DNA of 64,000 bases from Chlorokybus atmophyticus (GCA_009103225.1 RHPI01000003.1:466900-530899), one strand, 5' to 3'; shown: positions 28,082 through 41,011, numbered from the stretch's first letter. Numbers and translations are program-made. The notes: generated by a model from the letters alone, not told the origin.

Positions 28082-28910
28082 ATGCCAGGCGGCAAACCCA
28101 GAGCGCGTACACGAACCGTTTGGCGGGAGGCAATATGTTGCCCGCATTAAACCAATAGCAACAAGAGCAGTGGCATTGCGCTTGCGGAGCACGTCGGGTA
28201 GCCGCCGGTGTGCCTGCACTGTAAGGACGTGCACTGCCGCAGCTGCTACAAGCAACAGCATCTGCACAGCTGCCAACTGCCAACTGGACAGTTCTTCACT
28301 CACTCGATGCAAGCTAGAAGCCGGCACTGCCGCGGCATGGTCTACGGTAACAGCATTAGGTTGAGCCTCCCGGGGTCAAACGTGCAATGTGTGATTGACA
28401 AGCATGTGATGTCCCCGGGCTGGTCAAGCAGTTCCTCGAGTGTTTCTGCCACACGGTTGTGCACAACGCCGTGACGGTGTTGTGCACTACTACTGCACGC
28501 TGCTCGTAAGCACTGCCTTAGCACGGTCAACAACCAGAGCCAGCCTGTTTGTACATATCACAAGGTTATACAGCACAGCTTCCTGCCAGGCTTCCTGTCA
28601 GATAGTGTGCCGCCAGACTTGGGGCGTGCATCTCAATGGGATTTCCGATTTTGATGGTGTCTTTTACAACACTGTACCGAAACGCAGCAGTGTACACGAG
28701 GGGGGGGGAGACCAGTTTCTTGTCAGTTGGACCTTACCGTGTGTCATTGATTTGCGCAACATCAGTTACAGAAAGTTTATTACAACTTCAGCAGTACACG
28801 GCTCAGACCTATATCAAGGATGCTCCGCACTTCAAGAAGTCGTCGCGGCACCCTCTGGCTTGCCACCACTAGCAGTGCTATACACTATGAATGTATTGTC
28901 CAATTGCTAA
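28082..28910 (+). pseudogene. B-box-like family copy 6 (subtype II) followed by a different beta-rich ORF segment
   Basis: VCLHCKDVHCRSCYKQQHLHSC motif at ~28.2-28.3 kb with in-frame stops upstream; ORF 28440-28910 follows. Confidence 0.5.
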
Positions 28911-29589
28911 ATCAACGAGAGCGGCATAATACATCCGACTATCAGTGTACAAACAATGCGAAACGGAAAGCACATGCATAGTGGCATGCACAGTCAGCAG
29001 CAAGCAGAGTGATAGCGCATACCAACAACACCATTGTAAGGTTGACCACCGGGTTCATCCACTACCTAACACATTACACTACCCCTACTACCTGCAACAA
29101 CAAGGTATCGAAGCAAAATGCGATAACAACACACGTACTTAACATGGAGCTGGAGGTGGATATAGAGAGGGCAAGGGCATACTAGGAGGGGAAGTGCAGA
29201 TGTTGATCACCGTGTAGTTGCCACCAACATCCAAGGAACCTGACACACACACACACACACACACACTCACACATGTGCGCGCGCGCGCCAGTTAAAACAA
29301 CAGTTCTGGCACATGCAGTAAGTGTGGCAGTGCTTATCACCTTGAGGCCAAGCGACAGGTGGCAGCTGAGGAGTGCTTGTGTTAGCCGCAACCTGCTGCA
29401 ATGCCGAACTGCCTGCAACATATCAACCTCTGTGCAAATTCAAGTAAGGCAAGATAACAAACTTGCCAACCGTTGCAGTGCTTACCACCACGAGGCAAAT
29501 GAAAGGTGGCAGCTGAACAGCTTGTGTTAGCCGTGGTACTCAATATGAACTAAGCAAACTTTGACTGGCAGTGACGCTCAGGTGGTATC

Positions 29590-30556
29590 GTACCTGAGCT
29601 TGCCGCTGGAAGAGTACGGTTGCTGCTGCTGGCGATGGCGACTCATTCGCATCGGCGTAAGACGGCGCACAGCATCTCTCGTGGCGTGAACGGAGTGGGG
29701 AGCATGCATAACTCATCTCGAAGCCATGCAAATACCTACGCATGGCAGTCCGGAGAACCATCCTATACGACAACTCAGCCACAAGCATAATTTGTGTGCG
29801 TGCCCGCTTTGGTAAGTAGTCGTGCCAGTACACTTAAGCACCTGCGTGTGAGGTCAGAATGAGAGGTGAGATGGTACCGGGCGCATAGCACTGATGCTGA
29901 GTTGACAAACTGTTGAAGACTTGGCAGCGCTTGACTCTGGGGACCTTGATTTAACTCTTTGCGAACGGGACATTTACAAAGCCGCACGGCATCAGTCTGT
30001 CACAGGTACCTGAGTGTTGAGAAAGCAGCCGTCACAAACCAGCTCAGCACAACGCAGGCAGCGTGCATCCACCTGTTATACACGCTTTAATCCAACTCGC
30101 ATGCAACCGGAGACAAATAGACAACCTACAAAAAGCATTCTGTACCCTTGCCAACACAGTGTAAGCGTGAACCATTCAGGATGACAGCAAGTACGCAGAT
30201 ATATTGGCAAGCAAGCAGGTCGGCAATTTGCTATGACTGTTGAAAGCAGGGCTACATGACGTACAGCAACCAACAACACATGCTACAAGCTGGAAACATC
30301 CATATTCCAACTAGAACTTGTTACTTCGCACCATGTCACGGCAGTGTGGGCATCTAATATCCAGCAGGTCATGACCAAGCTCCCGTCGGCAGCTGCGGAG
30401 GTACTGGTGCTTGTAGCAGCTGCGGCAGAGGAAATCCCCGCAGCGCAGGCACGCCGCGCCTAAGCGCCATGCGCCGCACGAGCAGTCCACTTGTTGGTGT
30501 TGCCAGTTTTGACCTGCTTGTTCTTGTGTGGAGAAGCTTTGATTGCTGCATGCCAT
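29590..30556 (-). CDS. B-box-like family copy 7: apparently intact tandem Cys-motif exons, no propeller domain
   Basis: MACSNQSFSTQEQAGQNWQHQQVDCSCGAWRLGAACLRCGDFLCRSCYKHQYLRSCRRELGHDLLDIRCPHCRDM|VDARCLRCAELVCDGCFLNTQ|VLKCTGTTTYQSG|YLHGFEMSYACSPLRSRHERCCAPSYADANESPSP...; no stop codons in this splice path, which needs one GC donor. The 3' end is unresolved. Confidence 0.55.
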
Positions 30557-31840
30557 CCGCCTGCAACATCAGCAGCAACAGGTGGCTACTGTACAGCCGC
30601 ACGCACGCTCGCGCTCAGCTGTACACTACAGCCATACACGAGAGTCTGCTTGCCTGCCAGGTGCAGTGCAGGCTGACAGCAGGAGCTTACAAGCTTGAAA
30701 CACGAAATGGCATCCCCCCCCCACCCCCCCCCCCCCCCCCCCCNNNNNNNNNNNNNNNNNNNNNNNNNNNNNNNNNNNNNNNNNNNNNNNNNNNNNNNNN
30801 NNNNNNNNNNNNNNNNNNNNNNNNNNNNNNNNNNNNNNNNNNNNNNNNNNNNNCCCCCCCCCCCCCCCCCACACACACACACTCCACCACACCACACACA
30901 CACACCAGAACACAAACAACGAACACTGCTAGTGGCACCAGCGGTTCCCGTGCCCGGTCATGGCGCACACACGCACACGTACGCAACCCACATTGGCTAT
31001 AAACGCTTCACAGGCGTGTCAGTGTGCTACACGTAGGCTTGCTGCCCAAAGCACGACATGACCAGTCATAGTCGCAAGGAGCTGAGCGCACACACCACAG
31101 TGTGACCTCAGTCTTGGAGGCCCTTCCGACTGCTACACCACGCACCTTTGAGCTGAGACGCGGCAGTGGTCAATCAGATTGTCCTCCTGCTCCTCGTTTT
31201 CATTCTCCTGCTTCCCCTTCTGCTACTCCTCCTCTGTGGCTGCCCACCGCCGCCGCCGCCGCCGCCGCAAGGACGGCACAGAAGCTGCGGTCCAGCGCGG
31301 GAGAGCGTCACACTGACACAAGCGAGAAGCAACGTGCTTCCACTTGAAGCAGCTTGGGTGCGGCTGTTGAGCTTGCGGCGGCAGCGGACGAGCAAGTGCA
31401 TGTGTGTGCGTTTGTGTGTGCGTGTATACCGCATCAACATGGTTCTGAAGCGGTGGAGATTGTAAGACTGCGTCTGCATGGCGTGTGCTACACCACTCCA
31501 TGGAGCCGCTAAGCTTGGTGTTAGCTGTTGATTCCTTAGGCTGCTTTGGTGGCGCTAGCTGCGACGCCTGCATGCCTGCCTGACCTATACCTAGGTAATG
31601 TCAGAAATGGGCATCCAGCATGTGCGTGCAGGCATGTGTCTGCTTGCGCCTGTGAATATCTTTGGGGAGGGTCAGTGTATGAAACTTGATGGACTTCATC
31701 TTGAAGTTTCTGCTTTCATGCTGCATGCAAGCTTTGTCTCGTGCATGGCTGTAGCAAATAGCAGAGCGTAAGCCTGCTTCTCAAGTTGCCGTTAGACAGT
31801 GGCCTGGAGGTTCATATAGCAAACCACCTGGTGCAGGCGG

Positions 31841-32066
31841 ATGGCATCAAGCCGCAGCGGCAACACTAGCTTGTGCACACAAGGACAACGAGGTCAGAAC
31901 GGGCAACACCAACCACATGCAATGCCCGTGCAGGCATAGCGCTTGGGCGCGGCGTGCTTGCGCTGCGGGACTGCACTCTGCCGCAGCTGCTACAAGCACA
32001 AGCAGCTGCCGATGAGAGCTCGCCAATGACCACCTGGACGCTGGATGCCCGATCTACAGTGGCATG
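31841..32066 (+). pseudogene. B-box-like family copy 8 (Cys exon 1, degenerate)
   Basis: CPCRA*RLGAACLRCGTALCRSCYKHK...; TGG has become TAG and there is an indel. Confidence 0.6.
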
Positions 32067-32329
32067 GTGCGAAGTAACACTCTGCTTGCAATGTGAAGTG
32101 TTTTAAGACACCATGCTCAGCATATACTACATGCTGAGCATGGTGTTTTGTTGGTTGCCCTGGTTGCTCGTGCTTGTTGCAGTCCTTCATGCTGCTGTGC
32201 CTTCATGGACATCCGCTTGCTTGTTGATTGCATTGCTTGCTTGTTTATCTGCGTGTTTGGTTTCTTCCGGTAGACCTATGCTGAGAGCATGCACATAAGG
32301 TGGCCGCCTCCTTGTGTGCGTGTTCTCAT

Positions 32330-32735
32330 TGGCGGCAAGGGTAACAACATCAACAAAGTTGTGCGCTGGCGGGCCTGCGCTGTGGGAGAGCAGCGCACTA
32401 CGGCAATTGCTACAAGCAACAACATCTCTGCAGCCGCTGCCGCCGAAGCTGTTTAGTCACTTGGTGCTGGAGGCAGATGCCTGCATTGCCGCAACATGGT
32501 TCGAGGTGACAAACTTCATTGTGGATGGAATGTGCAATCCTCCGATCACAAGCATGTGGTGTCCCCAGGCTGGTCATGCACTAAAAGAATGATGTTGTGC
32601 GATACTGCCTGCTGCGAGTGCAGAGACAGAGAGAGTGGGAACTTCAACTCTCTCTATGACGTCCCTTAACGTTTGGGATAGTCATCAAGTATTCTCCTTT
32701 GTTGTGCGGGATGCGAACAACAAATGGGCAAGCGC
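32330..32735 (+). pseudogene. B-box-like family copy 9 (subtype II) with a short propeller remnant
   Basis: Degenerate Cys motif, the shared atgtggtgtccccaggctggtca block, then ...FVVRDANNKWA matching propeller FVVLDANNNWA. Confidence 0.5.
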
Positions 32736-33102
32736 TCAACAACTTCCTGTGATTTGTCACTTAACCCAACCACATGCCATTGGTTTGCACGCAATAAATT
32801 AAAGTCGACTGCCAGTCGAGCAGTACATGGCCTAAACACTTAGGAAGGAATCTCGGCGCCACTGCAACAATCTGACTCATTGTTGCAGTGGTACTGAGCG
32901 CCAATGTCACCACTGGCACAAAGGTGTATGTTTTACTCAGTCAGCTTGTACAACGAGCCCATTGTCAGTGCTCGAGGTAAGCGTTTGTAGTTGAATACCC
33001 TAGCGCGTATTAGAGCTTTTGTGTGGGTGTGCGTGTGTGTGCGCATTTATGTGTGTGCATTTGTGTACTCGTGTGTATCTGTGCATGCAGGAACACATAA
33101 TG

Positions 33103-36100
33103 TCACGGAGTTTTGGTCCTTTCCTTGCTCGACAGCGCCTTCTGCAGCGCCTGCTCGAAGCTGGCATTAAACGCCGCCAGCGCCTTGTTTGCCAGTGAGT
33201 TCTCCCCTCCACTCCCGCTCTTGTGTGCGGCCGGCATCGAGGCGCTTTTACCCAACTTAGCTGCTGCTGCAAACACACAAAGCCAGGGTGTATTACACTT
33301 AGGACACTGTACATGTGTGCTGTACTTACGCAGACGCATGCATGCACCTATGCACACACATACGTGTACATGTGCATGCACATGTCTTTGCGCGCGCGCG
33401 TGCACACATGCACGTGTATAAACGTTTGCACACGTGCATACACGTGTGCAGACGTTTCGGGTGTATGCACATGTACACATAAGCGCACAAGTGAATACAA
33501 AAAGCGAGCAGACCTTCCTGTTTGGCACTGAACTTTATAGCAGCATGGACGTCAAGTGCTTATACACCACATAAGCACGCACGCCACGCAATCGTCCCCA
33601 TACCTGTGTCAGGCGGGCTGGCGGCATTGCTGCGAGGCGGGAGTGGCGGCGACGTGAGGCGCTGCATGGGCGCGGCGGCCACGGGCACCACCGTCACAGG
33701 GAGGGGCCTTCCGGGTACGCTGTCCGCGCAGAAACTGAAACTCCGCGTGGCCACCCACGTCATCATCGGAGCTGCCAGCAACAAGAAGCTCGATTCAATT
33801 GCGAAACCAACCAGGAGCAGCAAGGAGCAAAGGTTCACCAGAACAACGGACACACGCGCGCATGCATAAGCATGTGGGCGGGCGGTTGGGCATGTGTGCG
33901 TGTGCGTGCGTGCAAACGTATGCATATGTAAATTCATATCCATGTGTCTATGTCTCGCACGTTGTGCCTAACACCCAGGCATGCGTACGTGCCTACACGC
34001 ATGTACACACTCCCCTGCAGGCACACTCATGCACACACGCTCACGCGCGCACAGGCACATTCTCTAGCACGCATACGCACACACGCACATACGCGACCCC
34101 ACTCCACCCACCTGTCGCCGCAGGCGTGCTTGCGTCCGCCCCCGGCGGACACAGCCTCCTCAGCAGTTCCGTCGAGTCCGAGGCGGTGAGCAGTCCCGCG
34201 TGATGGTGAGGAGCGCTGCCGGCCAACGACAGATGCCTCTGCGGGTGGTGATGGTGATGATACGAGTCCTTGCTGGTGGAACGCATGGATTGGTCGAGGA
34301 GACTGGGAGAGAGGGGGGGACTGCTCAAGGTGCGGGCTTGCCTGTGGGAAGGGGGATGTCATGCACATGTGCACATCATGTTATGTGTATGTTCCAGTCA
34401 TGCGGGGGGCGAGGCACACAGATGCGCACATACACGCGCACACCTATGCATGTTCACAAGCGCATGTGGATGCGAGCACGTACACATGCACGTATACAGG
34501 CATGTACAGGCAGCTCGAGCGAGTATGCGCATGCCCACACATACCTGCTTAGCGCCTTGGCCAGCATGGCCTCATACGATGCGTCAAAAGCCGCTGAGGC
34601 CGCCTCCGACAGGGACCTCCGCTGCGTGCGGGCCTGTTGTTGATGAGAATGGTATTGATGATGACCGACACCTGAAGCCGACGGCGGCCGGCTGCCTCCC
34701 TCATTGCCTGCACACACGAAAGCCAACATGTTTTATAATAGACAGTCTCAGCGTCAAAACGTCGAGTAACGTAAGATCAGCGGACTTGCATGTACACAAC
34801 CCATAAGCCACACGCATCCAGAACTGAACCACTAGTGAAGCCACTGGTTCTGTTGGGTGGCTGCGGGCTTGTGAACGGTTGAACACATTATACCAACAAC
34901 AGCAAAACATGGAAGCATGCAAACAACTAAACGAGCCACTGATCACCTATACAGACTACATGCTCACACATACACACGCACGCACGCACACACTAACTAT
35001 GCATACATGTGTGCACGCGCGCGAGCACGCGAGCGCATGTGCGAGTGTGTGGATTTGCGCACGCAAGTCCGCATGTGCATGCCAGCCTGCGCATGTGTAT
35101 GTGTGTACGACAAGATGACGTCTCGTGCGACTGTGTACACACGTGTGCATGTGTGCGTGCGCGCACACACAACATCAACCTCCATCCCTCCCACCTTGTG
35201 TGTTTCGGACCGCCGCCGTGACGGAGCTCACCACCTCTCTGATATCTGCCAAGTCCGCTGCCGACAGTCCCCTCAGGCTCGGTTGCGGTCGCATCATCGC
35301 CGTCGCGGATCCGGCCGAGGAGGCCAGGGACGACAGGGATGATACCGATGACGACGACGGGAGGGAAGCCAGAGGGGACGCGGAGGCCTCGCGCATCGCC
35401 ATGTCGAAAGAACGCTGGAAAGCTGCGGAAGGATGAGGGTGGGGTGAGGGTGGGGTGAGAGGGTGTGGGCAGCGTAGCTGGGACATGCCCAAGCAAGGGG
35501 GTCTTGATGGTGATTGGCTGAGTCAGTGTGTGTCTATGTCTACGGTAAGCGAGTGATATATGTGGCGTGTGCTTGTGTAGCATTGCGCGTAGTACAACAT
35601 CACTGTACAAGCTAGATCAGACTGTTTGTTGCATCTAGCTTTGCAGAACATCACGCAGCAAAAGCACCATGTTGGGCAACTATACCACATCCTGTTGTTC
35701 ACAACCTCTACAACGCACATACACGGCACTGTTGTGTATGTAGTACGCTGCATCACACTTGTTGCACAGTTCACTGACCCACACACCAAGCACTACAGTC
35801 AATCTATCAGACTTGGTGTTCATCAGCGTATTGAGGTTGAAACACCACATGCGGTGGTCATCCCACCTCAATATCACAAGTACGACACACAATGCGGGTG
35901 TTGTTGACACGTACACTACTCGTCATCTTGCGCACCTGTGTGCGCGCGGCTGGGCGACGTGAACATCGTGGTGTTTGGACTGCGCAGCCGCTCGCGTCCC
36001 TCTCCGCCGCCGTCCAATGATGACACGGACGGTGATGGCGATGGCGGCGGCAGCAATGGCGACGTTGGTGGCAGCGACGGCGATGACGGGGAATCTCTCC

Positions 36101-36116
36101 TCGTGCTTAACGGCAT
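33103..36116 (-). CDS. Ser/Pro-rich low-complexity protein with 3 copies of AF(Q/D/N)xS(F/Y)(D/E)xA(M/L); 5 coding exons; further 5' exons may reach ~37.3 kb
   Basis: Phase-consistent GT-AG path MPLSTRRDSPSSP...RAHT|AFQRSFDMAMREAS...DIREV|ARTQRRSLSEAASAAFDASYEAMLAKALS|RQARTLSSPP...|APMMTWVATRSFSF...|AAAKLGKSASMP...AAFNASFEQALQKALSSKERTKTP*. The start codon is uncertain. Confidence 0.6.
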
Positions 36117-37365
36117 TGCCCCCACCTGCCACAGCAAGACAAATCAAGATACAAGGAGAATTACAGATACGTTGTTGATGCATGATGTGTGTATGTGTGC
36201 CACCTGACGTATGCGAAGACCATACATGCATGGTACCCATGATGCGTGGCAACGTGTGTTGATGTGCTTGATGCCCACAACGTCCATGATTTACGCACAG
36301 ATTGTGTGCAAGTGCCCGCATTGTCCACACATGATGTGTGCACGCACGTTGTACAACAAAAGATGCAGGTGTAGTGGGCATCAATACAAGCATAACCACG
36401 TTATGAGTACATTGTGTGTCGTGAGATGAGTGCTACTTGCCGCATGTGGCACACAACACGGGTGTTGTAGCTGGCAGTATTGAATCCTGCACGCACACCA
36501 CCATGTGTTGTGTCCTGCGCAGTTATTGCGTACGACACAGCATAATAATGCAGATGGTGTGTATGCAACCAAAATGTGCAACACAGTGCGGTGTCGTTGG
36601 AACAGGCGATTACAAGCACTCATTGCCAACAAAGATGATGCAAATTGCATGCACACAAAAATGAACTGTGCGTGGTATGTGCGGCACGAGGCATGCACGG
36701 CGTTAAGATGATTACAAAAGCATACATTCGCCGCTGTTCGCAAGTGAATGCTGCGTTGTGCTGTGTTACATTGCAACGGAAAACATCTTCTTTTGTGAAC
36801 AAAGAAATTAGTATCACACACAGTCACCTGCTGTGACGATCAGCAAACCGTTGCTCCTCCCCAGCAGAAAATCAATATTATAATCTGAATCTAGGCTCCT
36901 CCCCCACCCAGTAAGATCTAAGATTTAAGCGTTTTATGTCAATCGACCCATCAACCAATCCACCTATCAACCCAACATCGATACTCAAGCACCAGCCCAA
37001 CCCAGCCACTGTGCAAGCAGCCAGCCTTCTCAGCTGTTTACAGAAACTGTTGGATGTTAGAATTCACAATCTAAGATGATGTAAGCCCTGGAATGCTCGC
37101 TCAAAAAACACACAGCGCCGCCGCCCCACCAAAACAATAGCCCAAGAGTCGCCGACCGACAAAGCGCTCAACAGCTAGATTGTCGATCACATGCTGATGT
37201 GGACGACTTTTTGAAATCTCAAACCCTAATTGCAACAACCCTAACCGTTGGAAGCGGTGCGGCGGCGGCGGCGGCGGCGGTGGCCTGGTTGTTGTGGGCG
37301 TCTGCGACGTTGCCATCTGGGAACGTTGTCGAACGGGGGTGCTGAGGTTTATCCCTTGGGTGGGA

Positions 37366-40300
37366 ATGGTAAGCCGGCGTATGTGGGTCGAATTGCTGGC
37401 CAGCATGCAGTGGTTTGATCAGTACTGCTACCTAACACTTTCAGAAATCATGGTTCGCGTGTTGCTCTTATGACTGTTAGCTACAAGCGTGCACAATACG
37501 TAGGTTTTTGTCAATGATGATGATACTTTGGCGTGATGATAATACTTTGATGACGCTGTAGCAAAGCATACACCCAGTATGCATGGTGTGCCAAGCTGAT
37601 TGCGCATGATAACCGGCTTGTAACTTGCAGTATGCTTGGATACCTGGTCGCCCTGCCTGAGACATGCACTTACGTGCATGAGTACTTGAGTACTGTCTGT
37701 AAAACAGAAGGAGTTGTGCAAGGTTCTATGCAGATGGGGTTTTGCAGTTCAATTGAGTTGAAGTTATGCGCTGCGATAGTTTAATGCATGTGCTCATCCT
37801 GTCGATCCTGTCGTGCAGATGGCAGGCCGCTTGTTTATTCCAATCATACTATGTTACAAAATTCGTTGAGTTGCCTTTGATGTTATTATATCTGTTGCCT
37901 ATGCTTATGTCCAACTTGTGTCAGCATGCGTTCCATGCGAGTGCTTGGCCAGTGCTTGGTATTGGGCTTATTGACATTAACTTCACATGCATCATCATTG
38001 TTAATATTCCGCTGGGATCAGTAGGTAACTGCATGGTCATGAATATTATCTATTATGTGCATGCCTGCTTGCATTTAGTTCATGCTGCAGGGCCGCAGAC
38101 ATTGGGTTGACTGTCTCATGTCGTGTATGTGTACGTGTATGAGTATGGGTATGGGTATGGGTATGTGTGTTATTGTATGTGTATGTGTGTGTACGCGTGT
38201 GTTTAGTTGTATGCATATGCAGTTGTGTCAAAGGCCTGGAAAGCTGGAAGGCTCTTTGGTTGCCCTCCTGTTGTTGGAATTGTTGACTGTCCATGTGTGG
38301 CAGAATCTACGTGTTCGCGGGCCTTCCGGAGCAGCCGCTATATCAATTGACTCCTCAGCTTCAGTGGCGCAGTTTCAACAATTGGTAAGGTCATTGCCAC
38401 GCCAGCACGGGTGCCCACTGCGTCATATGCAGGCATGCTATTCTTGTGAATTTCTTCATATATGTGCACTTGTTCTGTACTACAATGGAATCGAGGGGAG
38501 TTAACATTGTGGGTTTTCACGCATCCCAACGCCCAAGCATTGTTGGCCCAACACTATCGCGCTATGTAAATTATGGCATGTGCAACGTGAATATGACTTT
38601 TATGTGGTTGCAAAGGTTGGGATGTTAACATTGCATACATGCCTGTTTCAGGTTGCAGAGAAAACCGGCATCCAGATAGAAAGCCAAGAAAGTAAGTGGC
38701 TGAAAGTCACTCGCATGTATGCATGAGCGACAGCCAAACGTATTGCTTTTTCTGCACACATAATCTGCGAACAAGTCATGTACAATCTCGCTCGCGCAGT
38801 TTTGGTAGGCTTCCCGCCGACGCCGTTGACACTCCCCGCAGACCACGCAAGCTCTCCGCTCACAAGTCTTCCCATCGCAAACGGTGATACTGTGGTATGT
38901 GTTGCTGCTCCATTGCAATTGCATAAGGCAACTCGCTTGCACTTGTGTGCACACCCTTGTGCACATGAGCTTTGTGTAACACGTTAACAAGAGTTTACAT
39001 GCGATAAGGCGCACATATGTGCACGTTGTTGTGCACAATTCGCACTTTGTATTGTGGACACACTTTGCTGCACTTCCAACAATCGTGCACAGCGATGTTT
39101 GGTTAATTGCACTCATGTTGATGACTTGCGTGCCAGGTGGTTAGAGTATGTGCAAATGCAGTGCCTCGAGACACGCCAGCTCAGCCTGCTCAATCTGCAC
39201 CCGAGCACGACGGGTAATGCAACGTGTTCACCTTGCACTACTACACTATTGCTGCGAGGAAACTTGACGTCTTGTGGGCTGTGTCCAACAGGGGCGAGCC
39301 TCCTGAAGATGAGGAGGAGATGATACAGAAGGCCATTGCTCTGTCGCTGGCAGGGAGTCAACGCGACGGCAATGGCCACAGCGCACACGTGAACACCACA
39401 CCCGCACTTGCACCCGCACGGCCTCCGGATGGTACATACTGGGCTGTGTGCAGTTTCTGCTTGTCATGCACTCACAAATGTACACATGTGTCTCCACTGT
39501 TGGCAGCCGACAAGCCTACAGTAGTGAGGCGTGAAGTCCCGTCAGACAACAGCTGCCTCTTCAATGCTGTCGGATATGTTATGGAGCATTCCAGGGGCAA
39601 AGCTGCAGAGTTGAGACAAGTAAGTCTTTCAGTTGCATTGTTGCCGGTGTTTCTATTTGTACCTGGACATCTGGCTGGCACATGGTGAGCATACGGACAG
39701 CAGCTGTTGGTCCTGGCATACACTTGCATGCGTAGTGTGGCGTGATTTGTCGTTGTTGTTGTCTGGGATGTCTGTTCGGCTTAGTATTTGGTGTATTCCT
39801 GGATAATAGCAACGTCTTTGTCCTCATGAAGGTTATCGCTGCAGCGGTAGTGGCAGACGCTGACACGTTCACTGAAGCATTCCTCGGGAGGCCAAATGAG
39901 GAATACTGCGAGTGGATTATGCATCCAGGTGAGAGTGTGTTGTTGCATGTGCTCGCAGAGTACACGCCTTTTGCTTGCACTGCAGTCCATGCTTACTTGG
40001 AAGACGTTGTCACTAACTGGTGTTTGATGCCTGATCGCCTGATTGCCTTTCAGATCACTGGGGCGGCGCCATTGAGCTCTCAATACTGTCAAAATACTAC
40101 GGCCGTGAGATTGCTGCCTTTGACATCCAAACCTGTAGGTGGGTTCGCATCCTGTGCAATCAGCTGTCTGTGGCAATTTCATGGCATAACTGGTGTGAAC
40201 TGAAGTAGTGACTGGACTTGTGACCTTGGGTTACAACTAGTACAACTGATTGCAGCAGCAGAGTGATGTGACTGCAATGTTAAGGGGTGCGGCATCAACG

Positions 40301-40727
40301 TAGTTGTATGCAGCATCACATATCATGGCCACCCATATGCGCACAACCACCATTGGGTTTGGTTTTCTGTGATGGCAATACTGCATTGTACACATGCAGG
40401 TGCGACAGATACGGGCAAGGAGATGGGTACACCGAAGTGGCGATGGTGATCTATGATGGCATCCACTACGACGCGTTGGCGATGAGTGCGTTCGATGGGG
40501 CACCCGAGGACCTCGACACGACCGTGTTTGCGGTCCCGCACTTTGACGAACGCGTGCACGGCCTCGCCATGGCCTCCGTCGTCCGTGTCGCTCACGCCGC
40601 CAAGGCCTTCACCGATGTCGCGGGCTTCTCCCTGCGATGCGTCACATGCCAGAAGGGCTTGAGGGGCAACAGAGAGGCCACCGAGCATGCAAAAAGCACC
40701 GGACACGCCAATTTTGCAGAGTACTAA
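37366..40727 (+). CDS. OTU1: OTU1/YOD1-type deubiquitinase (UBX-like - UIM - OTU - C2H2 zinc finger)
   Basis: ATG-only first exon (ATG|gtaagc), then NLRVRGPSG...|...ILVGFPP...NGDTV|...|VVRREVPSDNSCLFNAVGY (catalytic Cys)|...HWGGAIELSILS...|...IYDGIHYDALA (catalytic His)...LRCVTCQKGLRGNREATEHAKSTGHANFAEY*. Confidence 0.93.
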
Positions 40728-41011
40728 TGAATGACAGATAAAAGTTATCTCTGCTGTGCTCTGCTCTGTGCTGCTTTGCACTTCACTTGCACATCGCTGT
40801 GCTTCTGTCTGCTTCGTGTGTACTTGCTGAAGATAACCATAGGGCTGGAGTCTCATGTTATAAGCTGTTCAATGCTTGCATTGTAGGCGTTTTGGGTTTA
40901 GGAATGCGTTACACGTGGCTGCTTTGTGCTTGCATGGGAGGAAACACACCCATTGTGTAGGTCAGTCCAGTTGTGCTGGTGAAAAGGATGTTTCAATTTG
41001 TGCTGCTTCGG

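Noticed and set aside
16880-32740. Interpreting the repeated modules as a CRISPR-like array or a transposase-encoding element
   Set aside because: The repeats are diverged, intron-containing gene fragments in both orientations. There is no repeat-spacer periodicity, and I found no terminal inverted repeats, target-site duplications or transposase/Rep-helicase motifs.
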